DNA of 64,000 nucleotides from Escherichia coli (GTDB lineage Bacteria; Pseudomonadota; Gammaproteobacteria; Enterobacterales; Enterobacteriaceae): NCBI RefSeq assembly GCF_048403405.1, contig NZ_CP183129.1; one strand, 5' to 3'. Shown piece by piece: positions 55,812 to 64,000 of this stretch (position 1 is its first letter; each line of letters starts with the position of its first letter). The notes under the pieces were generated by a model. It saw only the letters and a program-made list of their open reading frames with translations, ran no database searches and was not told where the DNA came from. The position numbers and the translations under genes were made by a program.

Positions 55812-58031
55812 ATGAGCTCTATCTCCCTGATCCAACCGGATCGCGACCTGTTCTCCTGGCCGCAGTACTGGGCCGCCTGTTTTGGACCGGCACCGTTTTT
55901 GCCGATGTCTCGTGAAGAGATGGATCAACTTGGCTGGGATAGCTGCGACATCATTTTGGTTACTGGCGACGCGTATGTCGATCACCCAAGCTTCGGGATG
56001 GCGATTTGCGGTCGTATGCTGGAAGCGCAGGGCTTTCGTGTCGGGATCATTGCCCAACCGGACTGGAGCAGCAAAGACGACTTTATGCGTCTGGGTAAAC
56101 CGAATCTGTTTTTCGGTGTTACTGCTGGCAACATGGACTCGATGATCAACCGCTATACTGCCGATCGCCGTTTACGTCATGACGATGCCTACACGCCGGA
56201 TAACGTCGCGGGTAAGCGACCGGATCGCGCCACACTGGTTTATACCCAGCGTTGTAAAGAGGCGTGGAAAGATGTGCCGGTGATCCTCGGCGGTATTGAG
56301 GCCAGCCTGCGCCGTACCGCGCATTATGATTACTGGTCCGATACCGTGCGCCGTTCTGTGCTGGTGGATTCCAAAGCCGACATGCTGATGTTTGGTAACG
56401 GTGAGCGTCCGCTGGTGGAAGTGGCGCATCGTCTGGCGATGGGCGAGCCGATTAGTGAAATCCGCGATGTGCGTAATACCGCGATTATCGTAAAAGAGGC
56501 GTTGCCAGGCTGGAGCGGCGTGGATTCCACCCGTCTCGATACCCCAGGGAAAATCGACCCGATCCCGCATCCGTATGGCGAAGATCTGCCGTGCGCGGAT
56601 AACAAACCTGTTGCGCCGAAAAAGCAGGAAGCGAAAGCCGTAACCGTGCAGCCGCCGCGCCCGAAACCGTGGGAAAAAACCTACGTATTGCTGCCTTCTT
56701 TCGAGAAAGTGAAGGGCGATAAAGTGCTGTACGCCCATGCTTCGCGTATTCTGCACCACGAAACTAACCCAGGCTGCGCCCGCGCATTGATGCAAAAACA
56801 TGGCGACCGCTATGTGTGGATCAACCCGCCTGCTATTCCGCTCTCTACCGAAGAGATGGACAGCGTTTTTGCGCTGCCGTACAAGCGCGTGCCGCATCCG
56901 GCCTATGGCAATGCCCGTATTCCGGCTTACGAAATGATCCGTTTCTCGGTCAACATTATGCGCGGCTGCTTTGGCGGCTGCTCTTTCTGTTCTATCACCG
57001 AGCACGAAGGGCGCATTATTCAGAGCCGTTCGGAAGATTCGATCATCAATGAGATCGAAGCGATCCGCGACACCGTTCCAGGTTTTACGGGCGTAATTTC
57101 CGATCTCGGTGGGCCAACTGCCAACATGTATATGTTGCGCTGCAAATCGCCACGCGCTGAGCAAACCTGCCGTCGTTTGTCGTGCGTTTATCCGGATATT
57201 TGTCCGCATATGGACACTAACCACGAACCGACGATCAACCTCTATCGCCGTGCGCGCGATCTGAAAGGCATTAAAAAGATCTTGATCGCTTCCGGCGTAC
57301 GTTATGACATCGCCGTGGAAGATCCGCGCTATATCAAAGAGCTGGCGACCCATCACGTCGGCGGTTATCTGAAGATTGCCCCGGAACATACCGAAGAAGG
57401 GCCGTTGTCGAAGATGATGAAGCCGGGCATGGGCAGCTATGACCGCTTTAAAGAGTTGTTCGATACCTACTCGAAACAGGCAGGTAAAGAGCAGTATTTG
57501 ATCCCGTATTTCATCTCGGCACACCCCGGTACGCGCGATGAAGATATGGTGAATCTGGCGCTGTGGCTGAAAAAGCACCGCTTCCGCCTCGACCAGGTAC
57601 AGAACTTCTACCCGTCGCCGCTGGCTAACTCGACCACTATGTATTACACCGGCAAAAACCCGCTGGCGAAGATTGGTTATAAAAGTGAAGACGTCTTTGT
57701 ACCGAAGGGCGACAAGCAGCGTCGCCTGCATAAAGCGTTGTTGCGTTACCACGATCCGGCAAACTGGCCGTTAATCCGCCAGGCGCTGGAAGCGATGGGC
57801 AAAAAGCATCTGATTGGCAGCCGTCGCGATTGCTTAGTGCCTGCGCCAACCATTGAAGAGATGCGTGAGGCTCGTCGCCAGAACCGCAATACCCGTCCGG
57901 CGTTGACTAAACATACGCCGATGGCGACCCAGCGTCAGACGCCTGCTACGGCAAAAAAAGCGTCGTCTACGCAATCTCGTCCGGTGAATGCTGGTGCGAA
58001 GAAACGCCCTAAAGCGGCGGTTGGACGTTAA
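55812..58031 (+). CDS. ygiQ: radical SAM protein YgiQ (UPF0313)
   Basis: 739-aa ORF, CxxxCxxC-type cluster region CFGGCSFCS. Confidence 0.85.
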   Translation: MSSISLIQPDRDLFSWPQYWAACFGPAPFLPMSREEMDQLGWDSCDIILVTGDAYVDHPSFGMAICGRMLEAQGFRVGIIAQPDWSSKDDFMRLGKPNLFFGVTAGNMDSMINRYTADRRLRHDDAYTPDNVAGKRPDRATLVYTQRCKEAWKDVPVILGGIEASLRRTAHYDYWSDTVRRSVLVDSKADMLMFGNGERPLVEVAHRLAMGEPISEIRDVRNTAIIVKEALPGWSGVDSTRLDTPGKIDPIPHPYGEDLPCADNKPVAPKKQEAKAVTVQPPRPKPWEKTYVLLPSFEKVKGDKVLYAHASRILHHETNPGCARALMQKHGDRYVWINPPAIPLSTEEMDSVFALPYKRVPHPAYGNARIPAYEMIRFSVNIMRGCFGGCSFCSITEHEGRIIQSRSEDSIINEIEAIRDTVPGFTGVISDLGGPTANMYMLRCKSPRAEQTCRRLSCVYPDICPHMDTNHEPTINLYRRARDLKGIKKILIASGVRYDIAVEDPRYIKELATHHVGGYLKIAPEHTEEGPLSKMMKPGMGSYDRFKELFDTYSKQAGKEQYLIPYFISAHPGTRDEDMVNLALWLKKHRFRLDQVQNFYPSPLANSTTMYYTGKNPLAKIGYKSEDVFVPKGDKQRRLHKALLRYHDPANWPLIRQALEAMGKKHLIGSRRDCLVPAPTIEEMREARRQNRNTRPALTKHTPMATQRQTPATAKKASSTQSRPVNAGAKKRPKAAVGR

Positions 58032-58034
58032 AAA

Positions 58035-58072
58035 ATATCCCCGGTAACAGAATGCTGCCGGGGATATTTTTA
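58035..58072. terminator. bidirectional intrinsic terminator between ygiQ and yqhH
   Basis: hairpin atatccccgg-N13-ccggggatat followed by ttttt. Confidence 0.75.
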
Positions 58073-58330
58073 TCATTCTGCGTACATACGCAAGCAGCGC
58101 AGGCAATCAAAATAGTCCTGAGCATCAAGACGCGTATTGGCTCTGTTAGCGTCGGATTTGGCAGCATAGATTTGTGGGCGTAATGCTTTCATATCCTGCT
58201 CAAGCCGGGCGATTTTGGCATTTAATGTTTGCACATTGCTCGCCAGCTGATTGACCTTTTGCTCATTGACGCAGCCACTGAGCAAGCAGGTTGCCAGAAC
58301 AACAGCTCCCACGGTGAAAATCGTTTTCAT
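58073..58330 (-). CDS. yqhH: Lpp-paralog outer membrane lipoprotein
   Basis: 85-aa ORF, lipobox LSGC, Lpp-like coiled coil. Confidence 0.8.
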   Translation of the reverse strand: MKTIFTVGAVVLATCLLSGCVNEQKVNQLASNVQTLNAKIARLEQDMKALRPQIYAAKSDANRANTRLDAQDYFDCLRCLRMYAE

Positions 58331-58380
58331 ATAGTGTTCCCTTTTATTTATTGTTCCGGCTAATTGTTATTTAATTCAGC

Positions 58381-59307
58381 TCATTGTTTTAATCTGGCGG
58401 CGGTTTTTGCCTCAATCTGCTTAAGTAGGCTGCCGCTGTTCGGGCGGATAAAATCAGCGATTTCCCACTTACCTTCGCGCCGCTGTAAAATCAGTTCTTG
58501 CTCTTCGTTGTTGCCATTGGTCAGCGTAAAACGAACATGAATGCGGGCGGAATCGGTGGTTTTCTCCAGGACTCGAATTTCATCAACGCGGGAAAATAAC
58601 GACTCTTCGCCAAAACAGATCGGATTGTCGTAAATAAATTGCCGTTCTATTTGCATATCTTCATCGGGATTGTTGGCAGTCTTGAAGGTGGTTTTATAGA
58701 AGGCATTGACCGCCTGGCGGTAAGAGTCGGAAACCACCCACGTCCACGGCCAGCTATAATCAGCAATATGTTCAAAGAGTTCGGCAACAAAGGCTTCCGG
58801 CTGTTCTTTTTGCAACGAAGCTATAGCGGCCAGCGTTTTTTCATTCTCGCTATTAACTGCTTGTAAGACGCTGCCATGATTGCTGACAATATCGTCAATG
58901 ACCCAACGACCATTTTCCGCCACCATTTTCAGTGTCTGCATGGTCTTTTCTTTATCGTCTTTAAAGATACGAAAGCGCACAACGGCATCGGCATGATCGG
59001 CGTCAGGTTGTGTTATCGCTACGCTTTCTAACACCAGATCGCCAAAATCCTGACAATCACAAACCGGATCATAATCCAGCCAGCCAATATTGCCCGGTAG
59101 TGTAAGATTGTCGTTCAGCGTAAGCGCCTGTTGAATACGCGCAGAAGTTATCGCTCGCTCCCCGGTTTCACCAAAATAAGGCGTACTGGCATCTGATTTA
59201 TAGTTCTGATAAATCTGCCGGACTGTTTGTTCTACGGTCTGTGAAGGAGGCTGCGCCTGTACGGTAAAACTTGCCAGGGCTGCTAAAAACAGAAGTATTA
59301 TTTTCAT
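58381..59307 (-). CDS. yqhG: DUF3828 periplasmic protein
   Basis: 308-aa ORF with signal peptide, K-12 synteny. Confidence 0.75.
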   Translation of the reverse strand: MKIILLFLAALASFTVQAQPPSQTVEQTVRQIYQNYKSDASTPYFGETGERAITSARIQQALTLNDNLTLPGNIGWLDYDPVCDCQDFGDLVLESVAITQPDADHADAVVRFRIFKDDKEKTMQTLKMVAENGRWVIDDIVSNHGSVLQAVNSENEKTLAAIASLQKEQPEAFVAELFEHIADYSWPWTWVVSDSYRQAVNAFYKTTFKTANNPDEDMQIERQFIYDNPICFGEESLFSRVDEIRVLEKTTDSARIHVRFTLTNGNNEEQELILQRREGKWEIADFIRPNSGSLLKQIEAKTAARLKQ

Positions 59308-59506
59308 CTGTTTTTCACCTCTCCGTTGCGTTTATCCCGGGTGTAGATGAATTGTTCCTTTAAGAGCTTCCGGCTCTGCATGATGATATCCTTATATTTG
59401 GCATTCCTGAACAAGGAAGAGTAACAATGGGCAGGACGCGAGGGGAATAAATGATTTCTGAAAAGTCCGGTAGCGGAACATTACCGCCACCGGGAGAATT
59501 TGCACG

Positions 59507-60334
59507 TTAGCCGCCAAACTGGTCAGGATCGGGACCGAGACGCTTGCCCTGATCGAGTTTTGCAATTTCGCCGAGTTCGTCTTTGTCGAGACGGAAATCC
59601 CAGACATCAAAGTTTTCGGCAATACGTGAAGGTGTGACCGATTTCGGGATCACCACCAGGCCGCTATCCAGATGCCAGCGGATAACAATCTGCGCCGGGG
59701 TTTTGCCGTATTTATCTGCCAGATCGCGAATGACTTTCTGATCGAAAACGCCTTTCCCTCCTTGCGCTAATGGGCTCCAGGATTCGGTCTGGATTTTGTG
59801 TGTCGCGTTCCAGGCATGTAGCTGGCGTTGTTGCATCAGCGGGTGAAGTTCGATCTGGTTTATCACAGGCGTCACGCCAGTTTCATCAATCAGGCGTTGC
59901 AAGTGATGGATCTGGAAGTTGCACACACCGATGCTTTTGATTAATCCCTCTTTTTGCAATTCGATCATGCCTTTCCATGCTTCGACATAATGGTCGATAG
60001 CGGGAACGGGCCAGTGCATTAAGTAGAGGTCGATATAATCAAGCTGGAGTTTTTTCAGGCTGTCGAGCAGGGCTTCGCGGGGGCGCTTGTGGTCGTCGTT
60101 CCACAGTTTAGTGGTGATGAACAGTTCTTCTCTGTTGACTGAGGCATTTTTCAGGGCTTTGCCGACACCTTCTTCGTTCTTATAGGCCGCGGCGGTATCA
60201 ATCGAGCGATAACCCACGTCTAACGCTTTTTGAATGGCGGTGATTACTTCCTCATTACTTGCTTGCCAGACGCCCAGTCCCAACTGGGGCATGACATTGC
60301 CATCCTGTAGCTTAATAACGGTTGGATTAGCCAT
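59507..60334 (-). CDS. dkgA: aldo-keto reductase, 2,5-diketo-D-gluconate reductase A
   Basis: 275-aa ORF, AKR family. Confidence 0.9.
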   Translation of the reverse strand: MANPTVIKLQDGNVMPQLGLGVWQASNEEVITAIQKALDVGYRSIDTAAAYKNEEGVGKALKNASVNREELFITTKLWNDDHKRPREALLDSLKKLQLDYIDLYLMHWPVPAIDHYVEAWKGMIELQKEGLIKSIGVCNFQIHHLQRLIDETGVTPVINQIELHPLMQQRQLHAWNATHKIQTESWSPLAQGGKGVFDQKVIRDLADKYGKTPAQIVIRWHLDSGLVVIPKSVTPSRIAENFDVWDFRLDKDELGEIAKLDQGKRLGPDPDQFGG

Positions 60335-60438
60335 ACGTTCCTCCTTTATATGAACTCACCGGAGCAGGCTCCGGTGAGGTGTTGTGAACTTAAGTCTGGA
60401 CGAAATGCCCGAAAACGAAAGTTTGAGGCGTAAAAAGC

Positions 60439-61602
60439 TTAGCGGGCGGCTTCGTATATACGGCGGCTGACATCCAGCGTAATGTCATGATTTTCGCCCA
60501 GTTGGGTCATACCGTGCTCTTCCAGTTTTTTCAACAAAGCCGGGATGGAGCTGCCGTCCAGACCGTAGTCGGAGAGGTGGGTCGGCACGCCTAATTGCTC
60601 AAAGAAATTGCGGGTTGCGGCAATCGCGGCGTCAATACGCTCATCGTCGGAACCTTCTGTGATGTTCCAGACGCGTTCAGCATATTGCAGCAGCTTAGCG
60701 CGCTTGGTATCGCGTTTTTCATTCCACAGTGCAGGCAGGACGATAGCCAGTGTTTGTGCGTGATCCAGACCGTGCATCGCAGTCAGTTCGTGGCCTAGCA
60801 TATGCGTTGCCCAGTCCTGCGGTACGCCAGCGCCAATCAAACCGTTCAGCGCCTGAGTCGCCGCCCACATAACGTTGGCGCGCACATCGTAGTTTTCTGG
60901 CTCTTTCAGGGCTTTCGGACCATCTTCGATCAGCGTCAACAAAATGCCTTCTGCGAAACGGTCCTGAATTTTGGCATCAACCGGTTTGGTAACATACTGT
61001 TCCACGGTGTGCACAAAGGCATCCACTACACCGTTAGCCACCTGACGCGGCGGCAGAGTGTAGGTATAAACCGGATCGAGCACGGCAAATACGGGTTGAA
61101 CATGGGCAGAATGGAATGCCTGCTTGTCGCCTGTGGTTTTACGGGAGATCACCGCGCCTGCGTTGGATTCTGAACCGGTTGCTGGCAGCGTCAGCACACA
61201 GCCCATCGGGATGGCGCTTTTAATTTCTTTACCGCCCGTTTGTAGAATGTGCCACGGATCGATATTTTCCGGATAATTAGCCGCTGCGGCGATAAATTTG
61301 GTGCCGTCCAGTACAGAACCGCCGCCAACCGCCAGCAGGAAAGTCACTTTTTGTTCGCGAACCAGTTTCACGGCGTTCATCAGCGTTTCATAAGCCGGGT
61401 TTGGCTCAATACCGCCAAATTCCAGCACGTCCATGCCTTTCAGGGCATCCAGAACTTGATCGAGAACGCCGGTTTTTTTCACGCTGCCGCCGCCGTAGGT
61501 AATCAATACGCGAGCATCGTGAGGAATTTGTTCGCGTAAACCAGCGATTGCGCCTTTACCAAAAAGAATGCGGGTTGGGGTGTGCAGATTAAAGTTGTTC
61601 AT
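60439..61602 (-). CDS. yqhD: NADPH-dependent aldehyde reductase (iron-containing ADH family)
   Basis: 387 aa from [20 protein letters not shown] track extends to 61626. Confidence 0.9.
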   Translation of the reverse strand: MNNFNLHTPTRILFGKGAIAGLREQIPHDARVLITYGGGSVKKTGVLDQVLDALKGMDVLEFGGIEPNPAYETLMNAVKLVREQKVTFLLAVGGGSVLDGTKFIAAAANYPENIDPWHILQTGGKEIKSAIPMGCVLTLPATGSESNAGAVISRKTTGDKQAFHSAHVQPVFAVLDPVYTYTLPPRQVANGVVDAFVHTVEQYVTKPVDAKIQDRFAEGILLTLIEDGPKALKEPENYDVRANVMWAATQALNGLIGAGVPQDWATHMLGHELTAMHGLDHAQTLAIVLPALWNEKRDTKRAKLLQYAERVWNITEGSDDERIDAAIAATRNFFEQLGVPTHLSDYGLDGSSIPALLKKLEEHGMTQLGENHDITLDVSRRIYEAAR

Positions 61603-61738
61603 TACTTGCTCCCTTTGCTGGGTCAATATGAGGGCAGAGAACGATCTGCCTGATGTTTTTCATTGTGATCGCCAGCGCCCTGGCTCTCAATGCTCATTTC
61701 TGCCAATGTCTTGCCTATTTCTCCAGAGTGCTGGAGAA

Positions 61739-62695
61739 ATGCTACAAAATTGCGCACAATCAAATTGCCGCATTATTCCTAAGAAATTACGCGATATGAA
61801 ACGTGAAGAGATTTGCCGCTTGCTGGCGGATAAAGTTAATACACTGAAAAATAAAGAAAATGGTTTGTCAGAGCTGTTGCCCGATGTGCGTTTGTTGTAT
61901 GGCGAGACGCCTTTCGCACGTACACCGGTAATGTACGAGCCTGGCATCATAATTCTCTTTTCCGGGCATAAAATCGGTTATATCAATGAACGCGTGTTTC
62001 GTTATGATGCCAATGAATACCTGCTGCTGACGGTGCCGTTGCCGTTTGAGTGCGAAACCTATGCCACGTCAGAGGTGCCGCTGGCAGGGTTGCGTCTCAA
62101 TGTCGATATTTTGCAGTTACAGGAACTGTTGATGGACATTGGCGAAGATGAGCATTTCCAGCCGTCGATGGCAGCCAGCGGGATTAACTCTGCCACGTTA
62201 TCAGAAGAGATTTTATGCGCGGCGGAGCGGTTACTCGACGTGATGGAGCGACCGCTGGATGCGCGTATTCTCGGCAAACAGATCATCCGCGAAATTCTGT
62301 ACTACGTGCTGACCGGACCTTGCGGCGGTGCGTTACTGGCGCTGGTCAGTCGCCAGACTCACTTCAGCCTGATTAGCCGCGTGCTGAAACGGATTGAGAA
62401 TAAATACACCGAAAACCTGAGCGTCGAGCAACTGGCGGCAGAAGCCAACATGAGCGTATCGGCGTTCCACCATAATTTTAAGTCTGTCACTAGCACCTCG
62501 CCGTTGCAGTATTTGAAGAATTACCGTCTGCATAAGGCGCGGATGATGATCATCCACGACGGCATGAAAGCCAGCGCGGCGGCGATGCGCGTCGGCTATG
62601 AAAGCGCATCGCAATTTAGCCGTGAGTTTAAACGTTACTTCGGTGTGACGCCGGGGGAAGATGCGGCAAGAATGCGGGCGATGCAGGGGAATTAA
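61739..62695 (+). CDS. yqhC: AraC-family transcriptional activator of yqhD-dkgA
   Basis: 318 aa from [10 protein letters not shown]-terminal AraC HTH; ORF track starts at 61568. Confidence 0.85.
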   Translation: MLQNCAQSNCRIIPKKLRDMKREEICRLLADKVNTLKNKENGLSELLPDVRLLYGETPFARTPVMYEPGIIILFSGHKIGYINERVFRYDANEYLLLTVPLPFECETYATSEVPLAGLRLNVDILQLQELLMDIGEDEHFQPSMAASGINSATLSEEILCAAERLLDVMERPLDARILGKQIIREILYYVLTGPCGGALLALVSRQTHFSLISRVLKRIENKYTENLSVEQLAAEANMSVSAFHHNFKSVTSTSPLQYLKNYRLHKARMMIIHDGMKASAAAMRVGYESASQFSREFKRYFGVTPGEDAARMRAMQGN

Positions 62696-62699
62696 ATAC

Positions 62700-62726
62700 G
62701 TTCCCGGTACAGCAACCGGGAACGGG
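62700..62726. terminator. bidirectional hairpin between yqhC and yghB
   Basis: gttcccgg-tacagcaa-ccgggaac. Confidence 0.6.
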
Positions 62727-62734
62727 GAAAATCG

Positions 62735-63394
62735 TCAGGCGTTACAGTATTTTTTTTTAATCACCACAAACAGCGTGCCTAACAAGCCAGCGGTTAACAA
62801 GGCAATTGGCAGGATCATCAGGATCGTCATTACCTGATCTTCATGGCGTTTAACGAACGGAATCATACTTAAGGCATAGCCGAAACTGGTTACCACGCTG
62901 ACCCACAGCAATCCGCTTAACCAGTTGAAAAACTGGAAACGGCGGTTTGGCAAACCGGAAATTCCTGCCATGGTTGGCAGCAGCGTACGGACAAATGCAA
63001 GAAAACGTCCAGCCAGCAGCGCCAGCAGACCGTGGCGGTCAAACATGCAGGTGGCGCGCTGGTGATATTTAGCAGGAAGCTGTGCCAGCCAGCCTTTCAC
63101 CGTTTTGGTATTCCCTAACCAGCGCCCCTGAATATAACTTAACCAGCAGCCCAGACTTGCTGCGGCGGTCAGAATCGCAATCGTAGGCAGAAAATCCATA
63201 ACCCCTTGGGCAATCAATGCGCCAGCCAATATCAACAAGCTGTCGCCTGGCAAAAATGAGGCGGGCAGCAGGCCGTTTTCTAAAAACAGCGTGGCAAACA
63301 TGACAAAGTAAACAACGCTAACAATATGAGGATCCGCCAGCGCGGCAAAGTCGTGTTGCCAGAGCGCAGCGATGATATCTTGAATAACAGCCAT
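62735..63394 (-). CDS. yghB: DedA-family inner membrane protein
   Basis: 219-aa polytopic ORF. Confidence 0.88.
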   Translation of the reverse strand: MAVIQDIIAALWQHDFAALADPHIVSVVYFVMFATLFLENGLLPASFLPGDSLLILAGALIAQGVMDFLPTIAILTAAASLGCWLSYIQGRWLGNTKTVKGWLAQLPAKYHQRATCMFDRHGLLALLAGRFLAFVRTLLPTMAGISGLPNRRFQFFNWLSGLLWVSVVTSFGYALSMIPFVKRHEDQVMTILMILPIALLTAGLLGTLFVVIKKKYCNA

Positions 63395-63533
63395 GGACTT
63401 TCCTGTGGAACAGCGTTTAAGCCTTTATCTGCCTATTGTACTCCTGATTCGTCCGGGACGCCTTGATCCCGGACGCAACAATTTAAGACTTTTCACAATA
63501 AAATGTCTGCAAAATTGTCCAAAAGTGGCAATG

Positions 63534-64000
63534 TTATACAATTCGCGCAAAACCGGCGTCCAGATCGGCAATCAGATCGTCGACATCTTCCAGACCAATA
63601 TGCAGGCGAATCAAGGTCCCGCTAAAATCGATCTCGCCTTGCGGGCGAATGGCGGCGATATGTTCTGGTTGATTTGCCAGGATCAACGATTCATAACCGC
63701 CCCACGAGTAGGCCATGCTGAATAAACTGAAGTTATCCAGATAGTTCGCCAGCTCTTCATCATTGAGCTTTTTCTTAAGCACAAAGGAAAATAGCCCGCT
63801 GCTACCTGTAAAGTCTCGTTTCCAGAATTCGTGGCCTTTACTGCCAGGCAGAGCAGGGTGGTTAACTCGCGCTACTTGCGGATGTTCTGCCAGCCATTTG
63901 GCCACTTTCAGACTGCTTTCATGATGTTGACGCAAACGCACACCTAATGTGCGCAGGCCACGGCTGGTTATATAGGCGGTATCGGCATCGACCATCTGGC
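63534..64000 (-). CDS. metC: cystathionine beta-lyase, 3' portion only (5' end lies beyond the window end)
   Basis: C-terminal 150+ aa ending ...[13 protein letters not shown]-dependent Cys/Met metabolism family. Confidence 0.8.
   Translation of the reverse strand, partial: QMVDADTAYITSRGLRTLGVRLRQHHESSLKVAKWLAEHPQVARVNHPALPGSKGHEFWKRDFTGSSGLFSFVLKKKLNDEELANYLDNFSLFSMAYSWGGYESLILANQPEHIAAIRPQGEIDFSGTLIRLHIGLEDVDDLIADLDAGFARIV

Noticed and set aside
56172..57752. 526-aa minus-strand ORF antisense to ygiQ
   Set aside because: It lies entirely inside the well-supported radical-SAM gene ygiQ on the opposite strand; it is Arg/His-rich low-complexity sequence, a typical antisense open frame in GC-rich coding DNA.

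Overview
This window reads as an Escherichia coli chromosomal segment matching the K-12 tsaD to metC region in reverse orientation. Identifications are from reading the translated ORFs and sequence motifs against remembered protein families and K-12 gene order; no database search was run. Most of it is conserved core: tsaD, ttdT-ttdB-ttdA / ttdR, plsY, folB, uppP, cca, ygiM, ygiF, glnE, hldE, yqiK-yqiJ, glgS, ubiK, ribB with its FMN riboswitch, zupT, ygiD, ygiC, ygiB, tolC, nudF-yqiB-cpdA-yqiA-parE, ygiN, mdaB, qseCB, ygiW, ygiV, ygiS, parC, plsC, ftsP, ygiQ, yqhH, yqhG, dkgA, yqhD, yqhC, yghB and the 3' part of metC. Four parts look accessory or variable. (1) The most interesting is an AT-rich three-gene module between mdaB and qseC (about 44230-46040): an orphan Hcp (T6SS tube protein) gene, a tightly coupled putative effector with lytic-transglycosylase-like motifs, and a three-TM membrane protein that may be its immunity protein; no other T6SS genes are in the window. 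(2) A roughly 7.2 kb insert between parE and ygiN (36054-43282) carries a TonB-dependent receptor divergent from a translationally coupled ABC importer operon that ends, unusually, in an RpiR/SIS-family regulator. (3) A complete four-gene chaperone-usher fimbrial operon (Yqi-like) has an uninterrupted usher and sits between ribB and zupT. (4) Two tandem sib/ibs type I toxin-antitoxin units lie between hldE and yqiK. The mqsRA toxin-antitoxin pair that I recall from K-12 between ygiV and ygiS is absent. No rRNA, tRNA, CRISPR array, transposase or integrase was seen.
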